A DNA stretch of 64,000 bases from an uncultured Chloroflexia bacterium (GTDB taxonomy: Bacteria > Chloroflexota > Limnocylindria > QHBO01): the NCBI GenBank assembly GCA_963814375.1, contig CAWFCQ010000004.1, forward strand, positions 352,001-416,000. Reading direction: 5' to 3'. The notes under the pieces were generated by a model. That model did not search any database. It saw nothing but the letters and a program-made list of their open reading frames with translations, and was not told the origin of the DNA. Shown piece by piece: positions 39,470 to 49,703 of the stretch (position 1 is the stretch's first letter; each line of letters opens with the position of its first letter). The position numbers and the translations under genes are program-made.

Positions 39470-41032
39470 TCACCGCTCGTCGACGGTCAGCACCGCGTGG
39501 AATTCAATCTGGTCGTGGCGGGACGGAACGGTCAGGCCGAAGGTCCCGAGCGAAGCAAGGATATCGCGAGCGTCGTCCGGGATGTCGACCATGCCTCCAC
39601 CGACCTCCATGAGCGGGCCGATGTCAGCCCAGACCTCGCTCCCGCCGCGCGTGCCGGCAACCTCGAAGGTCGTGGCGTATCGGTCGCTGGTCCCGAGCGA
39701 CGTACCGTTGGCATGCGCGTCGATCGCGGCGAGGACGTCGCCCGTGCTCAGTCCGAGAATCACGAGATCGTCGACCACCGCATAGGCGACCTCGCCGATC
39801 TCCGGAAGGTCAGCGATGACGATCGTGATCCCGTCGACCTCGTCTCGGGTGATCGCCGCACCGATGGTCTCGAGCGACTCGGCGACGCGCCCCAGCGACT
39901 CGTCGGCGGCGCTGATGTCGTCAGGCCGAAGGAGCAGCTGTCCGCTGGGCATGCCGCCGTCGAAGCCGGTGATGGAGAGCGCCACCTCGCGGTCCAGGAG
40001 CGGCAGCAGGTCGGCGTCGATATCGATACCGAGCCCGAAGGCCGCAATCGCACGCAGGCTGTCGAGGGCACCGGTGACCTCGTCGGCCTCCGGCACCCCA
40101 CCCGCCGCCTCTTCGGCGGTCTCCAGCATCTGGCGCAACCCGAATACCACCGCCTCGACCATCGTGTCCTCGGGCATCCAGTTGACGAGGCTGCTCGGCT
40201 CGCCGCCGAGCGCGAACGTCTCGCGCGCCGAGGGGGCGGCCTGGGTCAGGTCGAAGGGGACGCTTCCGCTGAGGCGGAGCCCATCCTGCTCGGCGCTGAG
40301 CGTGGCACTGAGAGTGGTGACGACCCCGACGTCATCGGCCAGCCCGGTCGCCTCCACGACACCCTCGAGGTCGACGAACAGCGCTGCGAGGTGATCGGCC
40401 GGCAGGCGCTCCATCGCCTCGATGAACTCTGGCTGCGCGGCGAGGGAGGACGCCCCGCCATGGACGTCGATGACCGGATGCAGGCTTTCGGCAGTTGGCC
40501 CGACGACGAGCATCTCGCCCACGATGGCCCAGGCGCTCCCCGTTCCGGCGTCGATCTGAACTCCCTCGTAGGTCGTCGCCTCGGGCGCGGCCTCGCTCTC
40601 GGCCACGATGTCCGCGACCGCGGCCCGCGCTGCTTCAGCGTCGGCGACCTCGGCGATGACGACGGCCGAGCTCTGGGTCAGGTCATCGGCGTCGGGCCAG
40701 GCGGCGATCGCGACCTGGTCACCCAGCCACGGCTTCACCTGGGTCCGGTAGTCGATGCCGGTCTGCCCCAGCAGGTTCTGGACGATCTGGTCGATCTTGT
40801 CGTCGAGGGCCGCTTCATCGGCGAAACCGGGCAGCCTGCCGATGAGCTCGGAGAGGTTCATCTGCTGCTGAGTCGATGGCTGGAGGTAGATGCTCGCGTA
40901 TGCGGCGGTGTTCGCCGGCGCCAGCGCGGAGGCTCGGTCGGTGGCCGTCGAGAAGAGCAGCAGGTAGCCACCGACAACCGTCACTCCGATCAGCGAGATG
41001 AAGGTGACGAGGGCGATGACGAGTCGATGCAC
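39470..41032 (-). CDS. Membrane-anchored DUF3352-like protein
   Basis: N-terminal TM; IDYRTQVKPWLGDQVAIA and the repeated IDADLLPLLDREVAL pattern. Confidence 0.65.
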   Translation of the reverse strand: MHRLVIALVTFISLIGVTVVGGYLLLFSTATDRASALAPANTAAYASIYLQPSTQQQMNLSELIGRLPGFADEAALDDKIDQIVQNLLGQTGIDYRTQVKPWLGDQVAIAAWPDADDLTQSSAVVIAEVADAEAARAAVADIVAESEAAPEATTYEGVQIDAGTGSAWAIVGEMLVVGPTAESLHPVIDVHGGASSLAAQPEFIEAMERLPADHLAALFVDLEGVVEATGLADDVGVVTTLSATLSAEQDGLRLSGSVPFDLTQAAPSARETFALGGEPSSLVNWMPEDTMVEAVVFGLRQMLETAEEAAGGVPEADEVTGALDSLRAIAAFGLGIDIDADLLPLLDREVALSITGFDGGMPSGQLLLRPDDISAADESLGRVAESLETIGAAITRDEVDGITIVIADLPEIGEVAYAVVDDLVILGLSTGDVLAAIDAHANGTSLGTSDRYATTFEVAGTRGGSEVWADIGPLMEVGGGMVDIPDDARDILASLGTFGLTVPSRHDQIEFHAVLTVDER

Positions 41033-41037
41033 CGTTG

Positions 41038-42375
41038 TCAGCGTCCGAGGAGGGCGCCGATACCGCCACCGAGCTTCGGCATCTTTCCGCCGGAGATCAT
41101 CTTCATCATCTTCTGCATCTCGGCGAACTGCTTCAGGAGCCGATTCACCTCCGCGGTCGACGTTCCGCTGCCGAGGGCGATCCGACGTCGCCGGCTGGCC
41201 TTGATGATCTCGGGACGTCGTCGCTCCTCAGGCGTCATCGAGTCGATGATCGCCTCGATCCGCGTCATCTGGCCCGAATCGACGGCCTCCTGCGCGGCAC
41301 CCGCCATCTGGCTCGCGCCGGGGATCATGCCGACGAGCTGGCCGATCGGCCCCATCTTCTTGATCTGGTTGAGCTGGCTGCGGAAGTCCTCGAGCGTGAA
41401 CCGGTTCTCCATCATCCGCTGCGCGGTGCGCTCGGCCTCGTCCTGGTCGACGTTCTCCTGGACGCGCTCGACGAAGCTGACGATGTCGCCCATCCCCAGG
41501 ATGCGCTGGGCGAGCCGATCCGGGTGGAACGGCTCGAGGCCATCCGTCCGCTCACCGGTCCCGAGGAACGCGATCGGAATGCCGGTCGCGGCGCGAATGC
41601 TCAGCGCAGCCCCGCCACGGGCGTCTCCGTCCATCTTGGTCAGGACCAGCCCGGTCACCGGCAGCTTGGCGTGGAACGCCTCGGCCACGCGGACCGACTC
41701 CTGGCCGGTCATCGCGTCCACCACGAGCAGCGTCTCCGACGGAGTCAGCGCGCCGGTGATGCGGACGAGCTCGTCCATCATCGCCTCGTCGACGTGGAGT
41801 CGACCCGCGGTGTCGAGGATCATCACGTCCACGCCTCGCTGGCGAGCGACCTCGAGCCCGGAGCGAGCGACCTCGAGGGCGGGCGTGCCCACCGGGCGGG
41901 TATGGACCTCGACGCCGATCTGGTCACCGAGCTGGACGAGCTGGTCGACCGCGGCGGGCCGGTAGACATCGGCCGCGACCAGCAGGACGCGCTTTCCCTC
42001 ACGACGCAGACGTACCGACAGCTTGGCGGCGGTGGTCGTCTTGCCGGAGCCCTGGAGGCCGACCATCATCAGGACCGCCGGACGCCCGTCGAGCTGGAGC
42101 GCATGTCGCTCCCCGCCCAGCACGCCCACGAGCTCGTCGTGGACGATCTTGACGATCTGCTGGCCCGGGTTCAGGCCCGTGAGCAGGTCGACGCCGATGG
42201 CGCGCTCGCGAACCCGGGCGACGAAGTCCTTGACGACCTTGAAGTTGACGTCCGCCTCGAGCAGGGCGAGGCGGATCTCGCGCAGCGCGGCATCGAGATC
42301 GGCCTCGGTGATGCGGGCTTTGCCGCGGAGGCGCTCGGTGATGCCCTGAAGGCGCGCGGAGAGAGACTCGAACAT
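41038..42375 (-). CDS. ffh: Signal recognition particle protein
   Basis: ALLEADV, GLQGSGKTT, DTAGR, TKMDGDARGG, RRRRIALGSG. Confidence 0.97.
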   Translation of the reverse strand: MFESLSARLQGITERLRGKARITEADLDAALREIRLALLEADVNFKVVKDFVARVRERAIGVDLLTGLNPGQQIVKIVHDELVGVLGGERHALQLDGRPAVLMMVGLQGSGKTTTAAKLSVRLRREGKRVLLVAADVYRPAAVDQLVQLGDQIGVEVHTRPVGTPALEVARSGLEVARQRGVDVMILDTAGRLHVDEAMMDELVRITGALTPSETLLVVDAMTGQESVRVAEAFHAKLPVTGLVLTKMDGDARGGAALSIRAATGIPIAFLGTGERTDGLEPFHPDRLAQRILGMGDIVSFVERVQENVDQDEAERTAQRMMENRFTLEDFRSQLNQIKKMGPIGQLVGMIPGASQMAGAAQEAVDSGQMTRIEAIIDSMTPEERRRPEIIKASRRRRIALGSGTSTAEVNRLLKQFAEMQKMMKMISGGKMPKLGGGIGALLGR

Positions 42376-42467
42376 GACGGGACCGATGCGGGAGGGTCAG
42401 ATCCGGCGCGATCGCGCCGGCAAACGGCTGCCCATTCTAGGGTGGGCGACCCGGGCCGGCAATGTGG

Positions 42468-43472
42468 CTAGTCGGCGAACAGCCACTCGACGAATGACTC
42501 GGGGTCGAACGGGGCCAGGGCGTCGATCTCCTCGCCGACACCGGCGAACACGATCGGCACGCCCAGCCGGTCGGCCACGGCAAGCGCGACGCCACCCTTC
42601 GCGCTGCCGTCGAGCTTGGTCAGCACGATGCCGGTCACCCCGGCCTCACGGCTGAATCCTTCCGCCTGGAGCAGGCCGTTCTGGCCGGTCGTCGCATCCA
42701 GGACCAGGAGCACGTGCCGCGGCTGGTCCGGCAGGCGCCGCTCGATCACTCGGCGGATCTTGGCCAGCTCATCCATCAGCTGCTGCTTGTTCTGGAGCCG
42801 GCCGGCGGTGTCGATCAGGACGGCGTCGAGGCCGCGCGACTCGGCGGCGGCCACGGCATCGAAGGCGACCGCCCCGGGATCCGCGCCGGCTCGCTGCGCG
42901 ATGACCGGCATCCCGAGCTGCTCGCCCCAGATACGGAGCTGCTCGATTGCGGCGGCGCGGAACGTGTCGGCCGCCGCCAGCGCAACCGTGCGGCCTTCAG
43001 CCTGGAGCCGATGCGCCAGCTTGGCGATCGTGGTCGTCTTCCCGGACCCGTTGACTCCCACGACGAGGATGACCGCGGGCGGCTCGCCGAGCTCGAACCG
43101 GCCGGAACCGGCGGCCACCAGCCGGTCGCGCAGCTCCGTCGCCAGCGCTCGACGGGCGTCGTCGCCGCTCGAGCCGCCGTCGGCGGTGAAGCGCCGGCGG
43201 GCCGCATCGACCAGCTCGAGGGTGGCCGCGCCACCGACGTCGGCCGCGATGAGGGCCTCCTCCACCTCGTCCCAGGTCGCATCGCTCGCCGGTGTCCCGG
43301 CTCCGAGGATCGACCGCAGTCGGACGCCGAGGCCCGAGGGTCGTGCCCGCAGCCCCATGCCTCCCGGCTCACGCGCAGGACGCGCCATCGTCGTGGCCGG
43401 CAGGATCGGCTCACCTGGTACGACGGTCTCTGGCTCCGGCGGCGGCTCCTCGCGCCTGCGCCGGAATATCAC
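42468..43472 (-). CDS. ftsY: SRP receptor FtsY
   Basis: GVNGSGKTTTIAK, DTFRAAA, DTAGRL, TKLDGSAKGG. Confidence 0.96.
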   Translation of the reverse strand: MIFRRRREEPPPEPETVVPGEPILPATTMARPAREPGGMGLRARPSGLGVRLRSILGAGTPASDATWDEVEEALIAADVGGAATLELVDAARRRFTADGGSSGDDARRALATELRDRLVAAGSGRFELGEPPAVILVVGVNGSGKTTTIAKLAHRLQAEGRTVALAAADTFRAAAIEQLRIWGEQLGMPVIAQRAGADPGAVAFDAVAAAESRGLDAVLIDTAGRLQNKQQLMDELAKIRRVIERRLPDQPRHVLLVLDATTGQNGLLQAEGFSREAGVTGIVLTKLDGSAKGGVALAVADRLGVPIVFAGVGEEIDALAPFDPESFVEWLFAD

Positions 43473-46400
43473 GCCCCGACCTCGACCGGCACGTCGGCCA
43501 GGCGCAGCGAGAGGACCCGGCTCACCGCGGCGTCGGTCATCGTGACGCCGTAGATCGTGTCGGCCACCTCGATCGTGGCTCGGTTGTGCGTGATCACGAC
43601 GAAGTCGATCGATTCGGCGAGGCGGCGCAGCGCATCGGCGAAGCGACCGATGTTTGCCTCGTCGAGCGCGGCGTCGACCTCGTCGAGGATGCAGAACGGA
43701 ACCGGATTGACGGTCAGCATCGCGAAGAGCAGCGCCACGCCGGTCAGGGCTCGCTCACCGCCGGACAGCATCGCGAGGCGCTGGAGGCGCTTGCCCGGGG
43801 GCCGCACCACGATCTCGATACCGCCGGGCGCATCCCCATCGGCCTCGTCACCCATCTGGAGTGACGCCGACCCGCCGGCGAACAGGAGGCGGCAGAACTC
43901 GTCGAACTTCTCGCCGATCGCTCGGAAGGCCGCGTCGAACTGCTGGCCGATCTCCCCGTCGAGACGCGCGATCAGCTCCTCGGTGGCAGCGATCGCTGCG
44001 CGCAGGTCGCCGTCCTGCGCCGTCATCTCGTCCAGGCGCGTGGCCACCTCCCGGTGCTCCTCGACCGCGAACGGGTTCACCGAGCCGATCTGGCCGAGGG
44101 TGCGGCGGACCCGCTTCAGCTCGACCTCGAGGGCTTCGTCGTCGAGCGCCCCGATCTCGTCGACCGGGATCTCGGTCGAGCCGACCTCGGGGAGGCCGTC
44201 CAGCGCGAGCTCGCGCTCGCGCGCCAGGGCGGTCAACGCCTCCTCGCGGCGGGACGCGTCGATCGCCGTCGCCTGCGCCGCCCGCTCCAGATCGGAGAGC
44301 TCGCTGCCAACACTTCCCTGATCGCGCTCGAGGGCGAGGAGCTCGTTGCGCGCCGTCCCGCGCTCAGCATCGGCCCTCTCGAGGTCCGCCGAAGCCGCAG
44401 CGTCCGACGCGCGCACAGCCCCCGCCTCGGTCTCGATCGCATCGTGTTGCTCACGCGCGATGGCCAGCACCCGCTCCCGTTCGGGCAGGGATGCGCGCAG
44501 CTGCGCCACGCGGGACTCTCGCAGGGCTCGATCCCGACGCCGCCCGGCGGTCGAGATCTCGAGGCCCTCAGCGGATCCCCGTGTCGTGGTCCACGCCTCG
44601 CGCGCCTCGTCCCGGCGGCGGGCACGCTCGTCGCGGCCGGCTCGGGCCGCTTCGGCGGCCGCCTGAAGCTGCTCGAGGTCGCCTGAGCCCACGCCGATGT
44701 CCGTCGTCGGAGGCGTTCGAGCGTCGTCCATGGTGACGAGCTCCGACTCGAGGGCGGCGGCCCGCTCGTCGAGACGTTCCTGCGCCGCGACCGCGGTATC
44801 GGCTTCCTCGATCGCTCGCCGCTGTGTCCGCTCCGCCTCGTCGTGCCGCTCGCGCGCGGAGAGATGCACGGCACGGGCCGCGCGCAGGCGATCGGCCGCG
44901 CGGTGGGCGACCTCCTGCGCCGAGGCGACGTCCGTCTCGAGGCGCGACGTGGTATCGATCAGCTCGCGGCGTCGAGCATGCGCCCGGGCGGCGGCGCCGC
45001 CGCTCGCGTCGGCCCGGCCACGCAGGGTGATGACGCCACGCCCATCGGCGAGATCGCCGTCGGTGGTGACGGCGCTCCAGCCCGCGGGCAGCCGCCGCCA
45101 TCCCGCCAGGAGGGCCTCGAGGTCGCGTGCGACGGCGGTACGCCGGAAGATGAGCGGGGCATCCGCCGCCGCTACCCATTCGGCCAGTGTTTGATCCGCC
45201 TCGACCGCCGCGAGCGCCGCCTCCCGCCCGTCGAGCCCATCATCCTGGTGAGGGGCCAGCAGTCGCGCCGCGCCCCGGCCCGCGTCGACCTGCTCGCGCG
45301 GATCCGCATCGGCCCACAGCAGTACGCCTTCGAGCTCGCCTCCGACGACCGCTTCGATCGCCGGCCACGTCGGCTCGGGCGCCTCGATCGTGTCGAGCAG
45401 CGGCGGCCAGCCCGCGGCCGCGAGGCGTCGTCCCAGGCGGGTGCTGGCATCCGCCGGCTCCTCGATGGCAGTCAGCTCGGCCCGGGTGGCGCGCAGCCGT
45501 TCCGTTCCCTCGACCACGCGCTGGCGCGTCTCGTCCGCCTCCGCCTGCGCCGCATCGCGCTCCGTCTCGGCGGCGGAGAAGGCTCGTTCGGCGTCCCGAA
45601 CGGCGGCATCGGCTGCGTCTCGCGCCGCGCTCGTCGTCGAGACGGCCGATCGCGCTTCCTCGCCGGCGGCGCGGACGCGTTCGAGCTCGAGGAGCGCATC
45701 GTCGCGTCGCGCCGCGTGTCGTGCCACCTCTTCCGACGTTCGGGCGGCGGCTGCGATGCGGTCGCTCTCGGATGCGCGCAGAGCCGCCACCGCCTCCTCG
45801 GCAGCGAGCAACGCGTCATCCGCCGTGGCGAGCTCGGCCACGGCTGCCCGCCACGCCTCCTCGGCTGCCGCAGCATCGGCCACCGCGGCATCGACCTCGC
45901 CCGCCGCATCCTCGTCGCTGCTGGAGAGCACGTGCTCTGCCTCGGCCAGCTCGGCCGTCTCCCGCTCGAGCGTGGTGACCAGCTCGGAGAGGCGCGTGCC
46001 AGCCGTCTCGAGCCGGCCCTCGATGCGAATCACGGCCTCTCGCGTCGCCTCGCGGACGCGCGCCGCTTGACGTGCTGCCTCGTCGGCGCGCCAGTAGCGT
46101 TCCTCTGCCGCGGCAATCGCCTGTCTCCCGGCCGCCTGTGCCTCGCGGAACCCTTGCAAGCCGGCCTCTGCCGCGGCCGCCGCTCGTCGCGCGTCGCCCA
46201 ACGCGGCTCGCGCCGCGACTTCCCGGCGCTGATGCGAAGCGATGACGAGCCCGCGCGCCCGGGCGCCGAGCGCGTCGTGCTGCTGCTGGTGCTCGGCCTG
46301 GAGCGCGAGCCGGCGAGCCTGCGGCTTCAGCTCGGCGATGAGGTCGCTCACACGGGTGAGGTTGTCGAGCGCCTTCGCCAGCCGCACCGAGGCTTCGTTG

Positions 46401-46924
46401 CGCTTGACCTGGAGCCCCTTGACGCCGGCGGCTTCCTCGAAGAGCTGGCGACGCTCCTCCGGTCGTAAGGAGAGCGCGGCGTCGACGGTCCCCTGCCCGA
46501 CCACCACCAGCTCGTTGGCGCCGAGCCGCCCTTCGCCCAGCAGCGCGACGACGTCACGCAGACGGGCGCGCGCGCCGTTGATGAGGTACTCGCCCTCGCC
46601 GGAGCGGTAGGCGCGCCGGCCGATCGAGACCTCCGCGAACTCGATCGGCAGCCAGCCATCGGCGTTGTCCAGCGTCAGCACGGCCTCAGCCATGCCCTGC
46701 GGCTTCCGCTGCTCCGATCCGGCGAAGATGACGTCGTCCGCCCGACGCGTGCGCAGGGATCGGTTCGACTGCTCGCCGAGGACCCAGCGCACCGCATCGG
46801 CCATGTTGCTCTTGCCGGAGCCGTTCGGCCCGATGACCGCATTCACCCCGGACTCGAACACGAAGCGGGTCGGATCGGCGAAGGACTTGAACCCATGGAG
46901 CCGGAGCTCCTTCAGCCGGCTCAT
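43469..46924 (-). CDS. smc: Chromosome segregation protein SMC
   Basis: GFKSF, GPNGSGKSN, coiled coils, LSGGE, LDEVDAALD, VITH. Confidence 0.93.
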   Translation of the reverse strand: MSRLKELRLHGFKSFADPTRFVFESGVNAVIGPNGSGKSNMADAVRWVLGEQSNRSLRTRRADDVIFAGSEQRKPQGMAEAVLTLDNADGWLPIEFAEVSIGRRAYRSGEGEYLINGARARLRDVVALLGEGRLGANELVVVGQGTVDAALSLRPEERRQLFEEAAGVKGLQVKRNEASVRLAKALDNLTRVSDLIAELKPQARRLALQAEHQQQHDALGARARGLVIASHQRREVAARAALGDARRAAAAAEAGLQGFREAQAAGRQAIAAAEERYWRADEAARQAARVREATREAVIRIEGRLETAGTRLSELVTTLERETAELAEAEHVLSSSDEDAAGEVDAAVADAAAAEEAWRAAVAELATADDALLAAEEAVAALRASESDRIAAAARTSEEVARHAARRDDALLELERVRAAGEEARSAVSTTSAARDAADAAVRDAERAFSAAETERDAAQAEADETRQRVVEGTERLRATRAELTAIEEPADASTRLGRRLAAAGWPPLLDTIEAPEPTWPAIEAVVGGELEGVLLWADADPREQVDAGRGAARLLAPHQDDGLDGREAALAAVEADQTLAEWVAAADAPLIFRRTAVARDLEALLAGWRRLPAGWSAVTTDGDLADGRGVITLRGRADASGGAAARAHARRRELIDTTSRLETDVASAQEVAHRAADRLRAARAVHLSARERHDEAERTQRRAIEEADTAVAAQERLDERAAALESELVTMDDARTPPTTDIGVGSGDLEQLQAAAEAARAGRDERARRRDEAREAWTTTRGSAEGLEISTAGRRRDRALRESRVAQLRASLPERERVLAIAREQHDAIETEAGAVRASDAAASADLERADAERGTARNELLALERDQGSVGSELSDLERAAQATAIDASRREEALTALARERELALDGLPEVGSTEIPVDEIGALDDEALEVELKRVRRTLGQIGSVNPFAVEEHREVATRLDEMTAQDGDLRAAIAATEELIARLDGEIGQQFDAAFRAIGEKFDEFCRLLFAGGSASLQMGDEADGDAPGGIEIVVRPPGKRLQRLAMLSGGERALTGVALLFAMLTVNPVPFCILDEVDAALDEANIGRFADALRRLAESIDFVVITHNRATIEVADTIYGVTMTDAAVSRVLSLRLADVPVEVGA

Positions 46925-47640
46925 GCCGCGCCCGAGTCGCTGGGCGGCTGTGCGAGACGCGCGAGCGCGGCGTGAGCGGCCTGCTCCTCGGCGCGCTGAC
47001 GGCTCGAGCCGGAGCCGCTGCCGAAGCTCTCGCCGCCCAGCATCACGGCCACCTGGAACTCCTGGCTGTGGGGTGGGCCGCTCGTGGCGGTGAGGTGGTA
47101 GACCGGCTTGACCCCGCGATGGCGCTGCGTCCACTCCTGGAGCCGTGACTTCGCCGACTTCGGCGGCCCCTCGACCTCGGCCAGGGCCTCGAACATCGGC
47201 TCGAACAGCGCTCCGAGCACCATCGCGGTGCGGTCGCTTCCCTCGCTCAGCGAGAGAGCGCCGGCGAGTGCCTCGAACGCGGCCGCCACCACCGATGGCC
47301 GTCTCGCACCACCGGCCTCCGCTTCGCCGCGACCGAGCTTGAGGTAGCGGTCCAGCCCCAGATCGAGGCCGAGCCCGGCGAGCGCGTCACGGTTGACGAG
47401 CGCCGCGCGACGCGCGGTGAGAAACCCCTCGTCCTCGTCGGGATAGCGGTCGTACAGCATGCGGCTGACGGTGAGGCCGATGACGGCGTCGCCGTAGAAC
47501 TCGAGCCGCTCGTTGTGACCGGAGACGAGCGCTGGGTTCTCGTTGAAGTAGGAGCTGTGAACGAATGCCTGGCGGATCAGCGCCGGGTCTCGCGGGACGA
47601 TGCCGAGCCGCGCCCCCAGGTCGTCGAGAGGAGCGTCCAT
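46921..47640 (-). CDS. rnc: Ribonuclease III
   Basis: HNERLEFYGDAV, EG.LT..RAALVN, FEAL, dsRBD KSRLQEWTQ...AEEQAA. Confidence 0.93.
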   Translation of the reverse strand: MDAPLDDLGARLGIVPRDPALIRQAFVHSSYFNENPALVSGHNERLEFYGDAVIGLTVSRMLYDRYPDEDEGFLTARRAALVNRDALAGLGLDLGLDRYLKLGRGEAEAGGARRPSVVAAAFEALAGALSLSEGSDRTAMVLGALFEPMFEALAEVEGPPKSAKSRLQEWTQRHRGVKPVYHLTATSGPPHSQEFQVAVMLGGESFGSGSGSSRQRAEEQAAHAALARLAQPPSDSGAA

Positions 47641-47653
47641 CGGCGGGTTCGGC

Positions 47654-47896
47654 CTACTGCTGGTGCTCCTCGATGTATTCGACCGCGTCGGATACCTTCT
47701 GGATGCGCTCCGCATCCTCGTCGGAGATCTCCATGCCGAACTCCTCCTCGAGACTCATGATGAGCTCGACGAGGTCGAGGGAATCGGCGTTGAGGTCCTC
47801 GACGAACGAGGCCTGGGGCGTGACCTCCCCTTCGTCAACGCCGAGCTGCTCGACGATGAGCTTCTTGAGTCGGTCGAACGTGGTCCCGTCAGTCAC
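47654..47896 (-). CDS. acpP: Acyl carrier protein
   Basis: [20 protein letters not shown]; GGAGG before the GTG at 47896. Confidence 0.96.
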   Translation of the reverse strand: MTDGTTFDRLKKLIVEQLGVDEGEVTPQASFVEDLNADSLDLVELIMSLEEEFGMEISDEDAERIQKVSDAVEYIEEHQQ

Positions 47897-47900
47897 GAAT

Positions 47901-48344
47901 TCAGGCTCCTCCACCCGATCTGGAAACGCTTCCCAACACGCCGTTCACGAGGCGCCTTGCTGCGTCTCCGGCGTAGATCCGGGCGAGGGATACGGCATCA
48001 CGCATCGGCTCCCCGCTCGGGGTCGCGGCGGAGTATAGCACCTCGTAGAGCGCGCTCCGGAGGATCGTACGCTCGACTCGCCCGAGCTCAGGGACGGGGA
48101 TCTGAGGGGCTTCGGTGGCGATCCGCGCGTCCAGCTCCGGCCGGTGCTCGACGACGCCGCGAACGATCGATTCCGCGTGTTCCCGAACGTCGCTCGGTGC
48201 TCCTCGCTCGGCGGCGAGGCGGTCGAGCGCGGCCTCTGCCGATCCGGGCCGAAACTCGGCCTCGAACAGCGCCAGGAGCGCCAGCCGCCTGGCGAGCAGC
48301 CCGGGGGTTGCGCGCGGGGTGCGCGCGCGGGAGGCGGAGGTCAC
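47901..48344 (-). CDS. nusB: Transcription antitermination factor NusB
   Basis: ARRLAL.ALF, VERTILR.ALYE, AVSLA..Y, LVNGVL. Confidence 0.88.
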   Translation of the reverse strand: MTSASRARTPRATPGLLARRLALLALFEAEFRPGSAEAALDRLAAERGAPSDVREHAESIVRGVVEHRPELDARIATEAPQIPVPELGRVERTILRSALYEVLYSAATPSGEPMRDAVSLARIYAGDAARRLVNGVLGSVSRSGGGA

Positions 48345-49408
48345 GGGCTGCGGACCCGCTCGCGATGAAGGCGGGCGGCGATCCGGCTGCGCACGCCGCG
48401 GTGGGTCAGGGCCGGATGCTCGCGCGTCCACTCGGCGATCAGGTCCGGCACGCGGGCATGGGCCGACTCAGACCCGACCCGAATGGCATTCTCGATCATC
48501 TTGGCGCTGGCGCGCCCGTGGGTGACGATGCTGACTCCCTTCACCCCGAGCAGCGGCGCCCCGCCGTAGCCCTCGTAGTCGAAGCGGGCCTTCATGCGGT
48601 CGAAGCCGGGCTTGAGAGCCAGCAGCGCGATCGGCGCGATCGGCCCCTGCTGAAGGTCCTCTCGCAGCGCGCGGAAGATGAAGCTGGTGATGCCCTCGAA
48701 GAACTTGATCACCACGTTGCCGACAAAGCCGTCGCACACGACGACGTCGGCCCGGTGGGCGATCATGTCGTGCGCCTCGACGTTTCCGACGAAGTGAAGG
48801 TCGGCGGAGGCCAGCTTCTCGTGCGCTTCGCGCGCCAATGAGTCGCCCTTCTCCACCTCTTCGCCGATGTTCAGCAGGCCGATGCGCGGCGTGCGGACGC
48901 CGAGCACGTGCTCGGCGAAGATGGCGCCCATCGCAGCGAACTGGACGAGGTTCTCCGGATCGGAGTCGACGTTGGCGCCGACGTCGAGCAGCATCACCGG
49001 GCCGGTGGCCGTGACGAGGTGCGCGGGGAGCGCCGGGCGGTCGATTCCGTCGATGCGGCCGAGCCGGAAGACCGCCGCCGCCATCGTGGCGCCGGTCGAT
49101 CCGGCGCTGACGACCGCATCGGCGTCGCCATCTCGCACGAGGTCGGTGGCGACGACGATCGAGGCCCGTCGCTTCGCCCGGAGCGCTGTGACCGGGTGCT
49201 CCCCCATCTCGATGACCTCGGGCGCGTCCACCAGGCTGAGGCTCTTTGGACGTGGTTGGCCGGAGTCGGCAATCTCGCGTTCGAGGCGCGGCACGTCACC
49301 GACGAGGATGACCTCGTCGGCGGGCGTTCTGGCGGCGTAGGCGATGGCGCCGCGGACGATCTCGCGGGGGGCGTGGTCGCCTCCCATCGCATCGACCGCG
49401 ATGCGCAT
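48341..49408 (-). CDS. plsX: Phosphate acyltransferase PlsX
   Basis: IAVDAMGGDHAP, SAGSTGA, DVGAN, VCDGFVGN, GGAPLLG. Confidence 0.96.
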   Translation of the reverse strand: MRIAVDAMGGDHAPREIVRGAIAYAARTPADEVILVGDVPRLEREIADSGQPRPKSLSLVDAPEVIEMGEHPVTALRAKRRASIVVATDLVRDGDADAVVSAGSTGATMAAAVFRLGRIDGIDRPALPAHLVTATGPVMLLDVGANVDSDPENLVQFAAMGAIFAEHVLGVRTPRIGLLNIGEEVEKGDSLAREAHEKLASADLHFVGNVEAHDMIAHRADVVVCDGFVGNVVIKFFEGITSFIFRALREDLQQGPIAPIALLALKPGFDRMKARFDYEGYGGAPLLGVKGVSIVTHGRASAKMIENAIRVGSESAHARVPDLIAEWTREHPALTHRGVRSRIAARLHRERVRSP

Positions 49409-49414
49409 CGGTGC

Positions 49415-49618
49415 TTAGCGCTGGCCTTCGACCGGTGCGACCGGCTCGATCGTCACGGCCTCGCGGCCGTTGTACCAGCCGCAGGTCGGACAGGCGTGAT
49501 GAGCTCGGTGCAGCTCGTGGCAGTGATCGCACTCGACCAGCGGCGGTGCGCTGATCGCGAGGTGCGCGCGGCGCTCACCCTGGCGCGCCTTGGATACCTT
49601 TCGCTTGGGAACGCCCAC
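49415..49618 (-). CDS. rpmF: 50S ribosomal protein L32 (Zn-ribbon type)
   Basis: VPKRKVSK.R...RRAH, CDHC...HHACPTCGWY. Confidence 0.95.
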   Translation of the reverse strand: MGVPKRKVSKARQGERRAHLAISAPPLVECDHCHELHRAHHACPTCGWYNGREAVTIEPVAPVEGQR

Positions 49619-49703
49619 GCGGAAACTCCTTGGACCGATGAAAAACTGGGGACGCCGCAGTATAGCGGGAGCGCCGAAACCCGTGGCGCGGGCGTGTTTC
49701 GGC

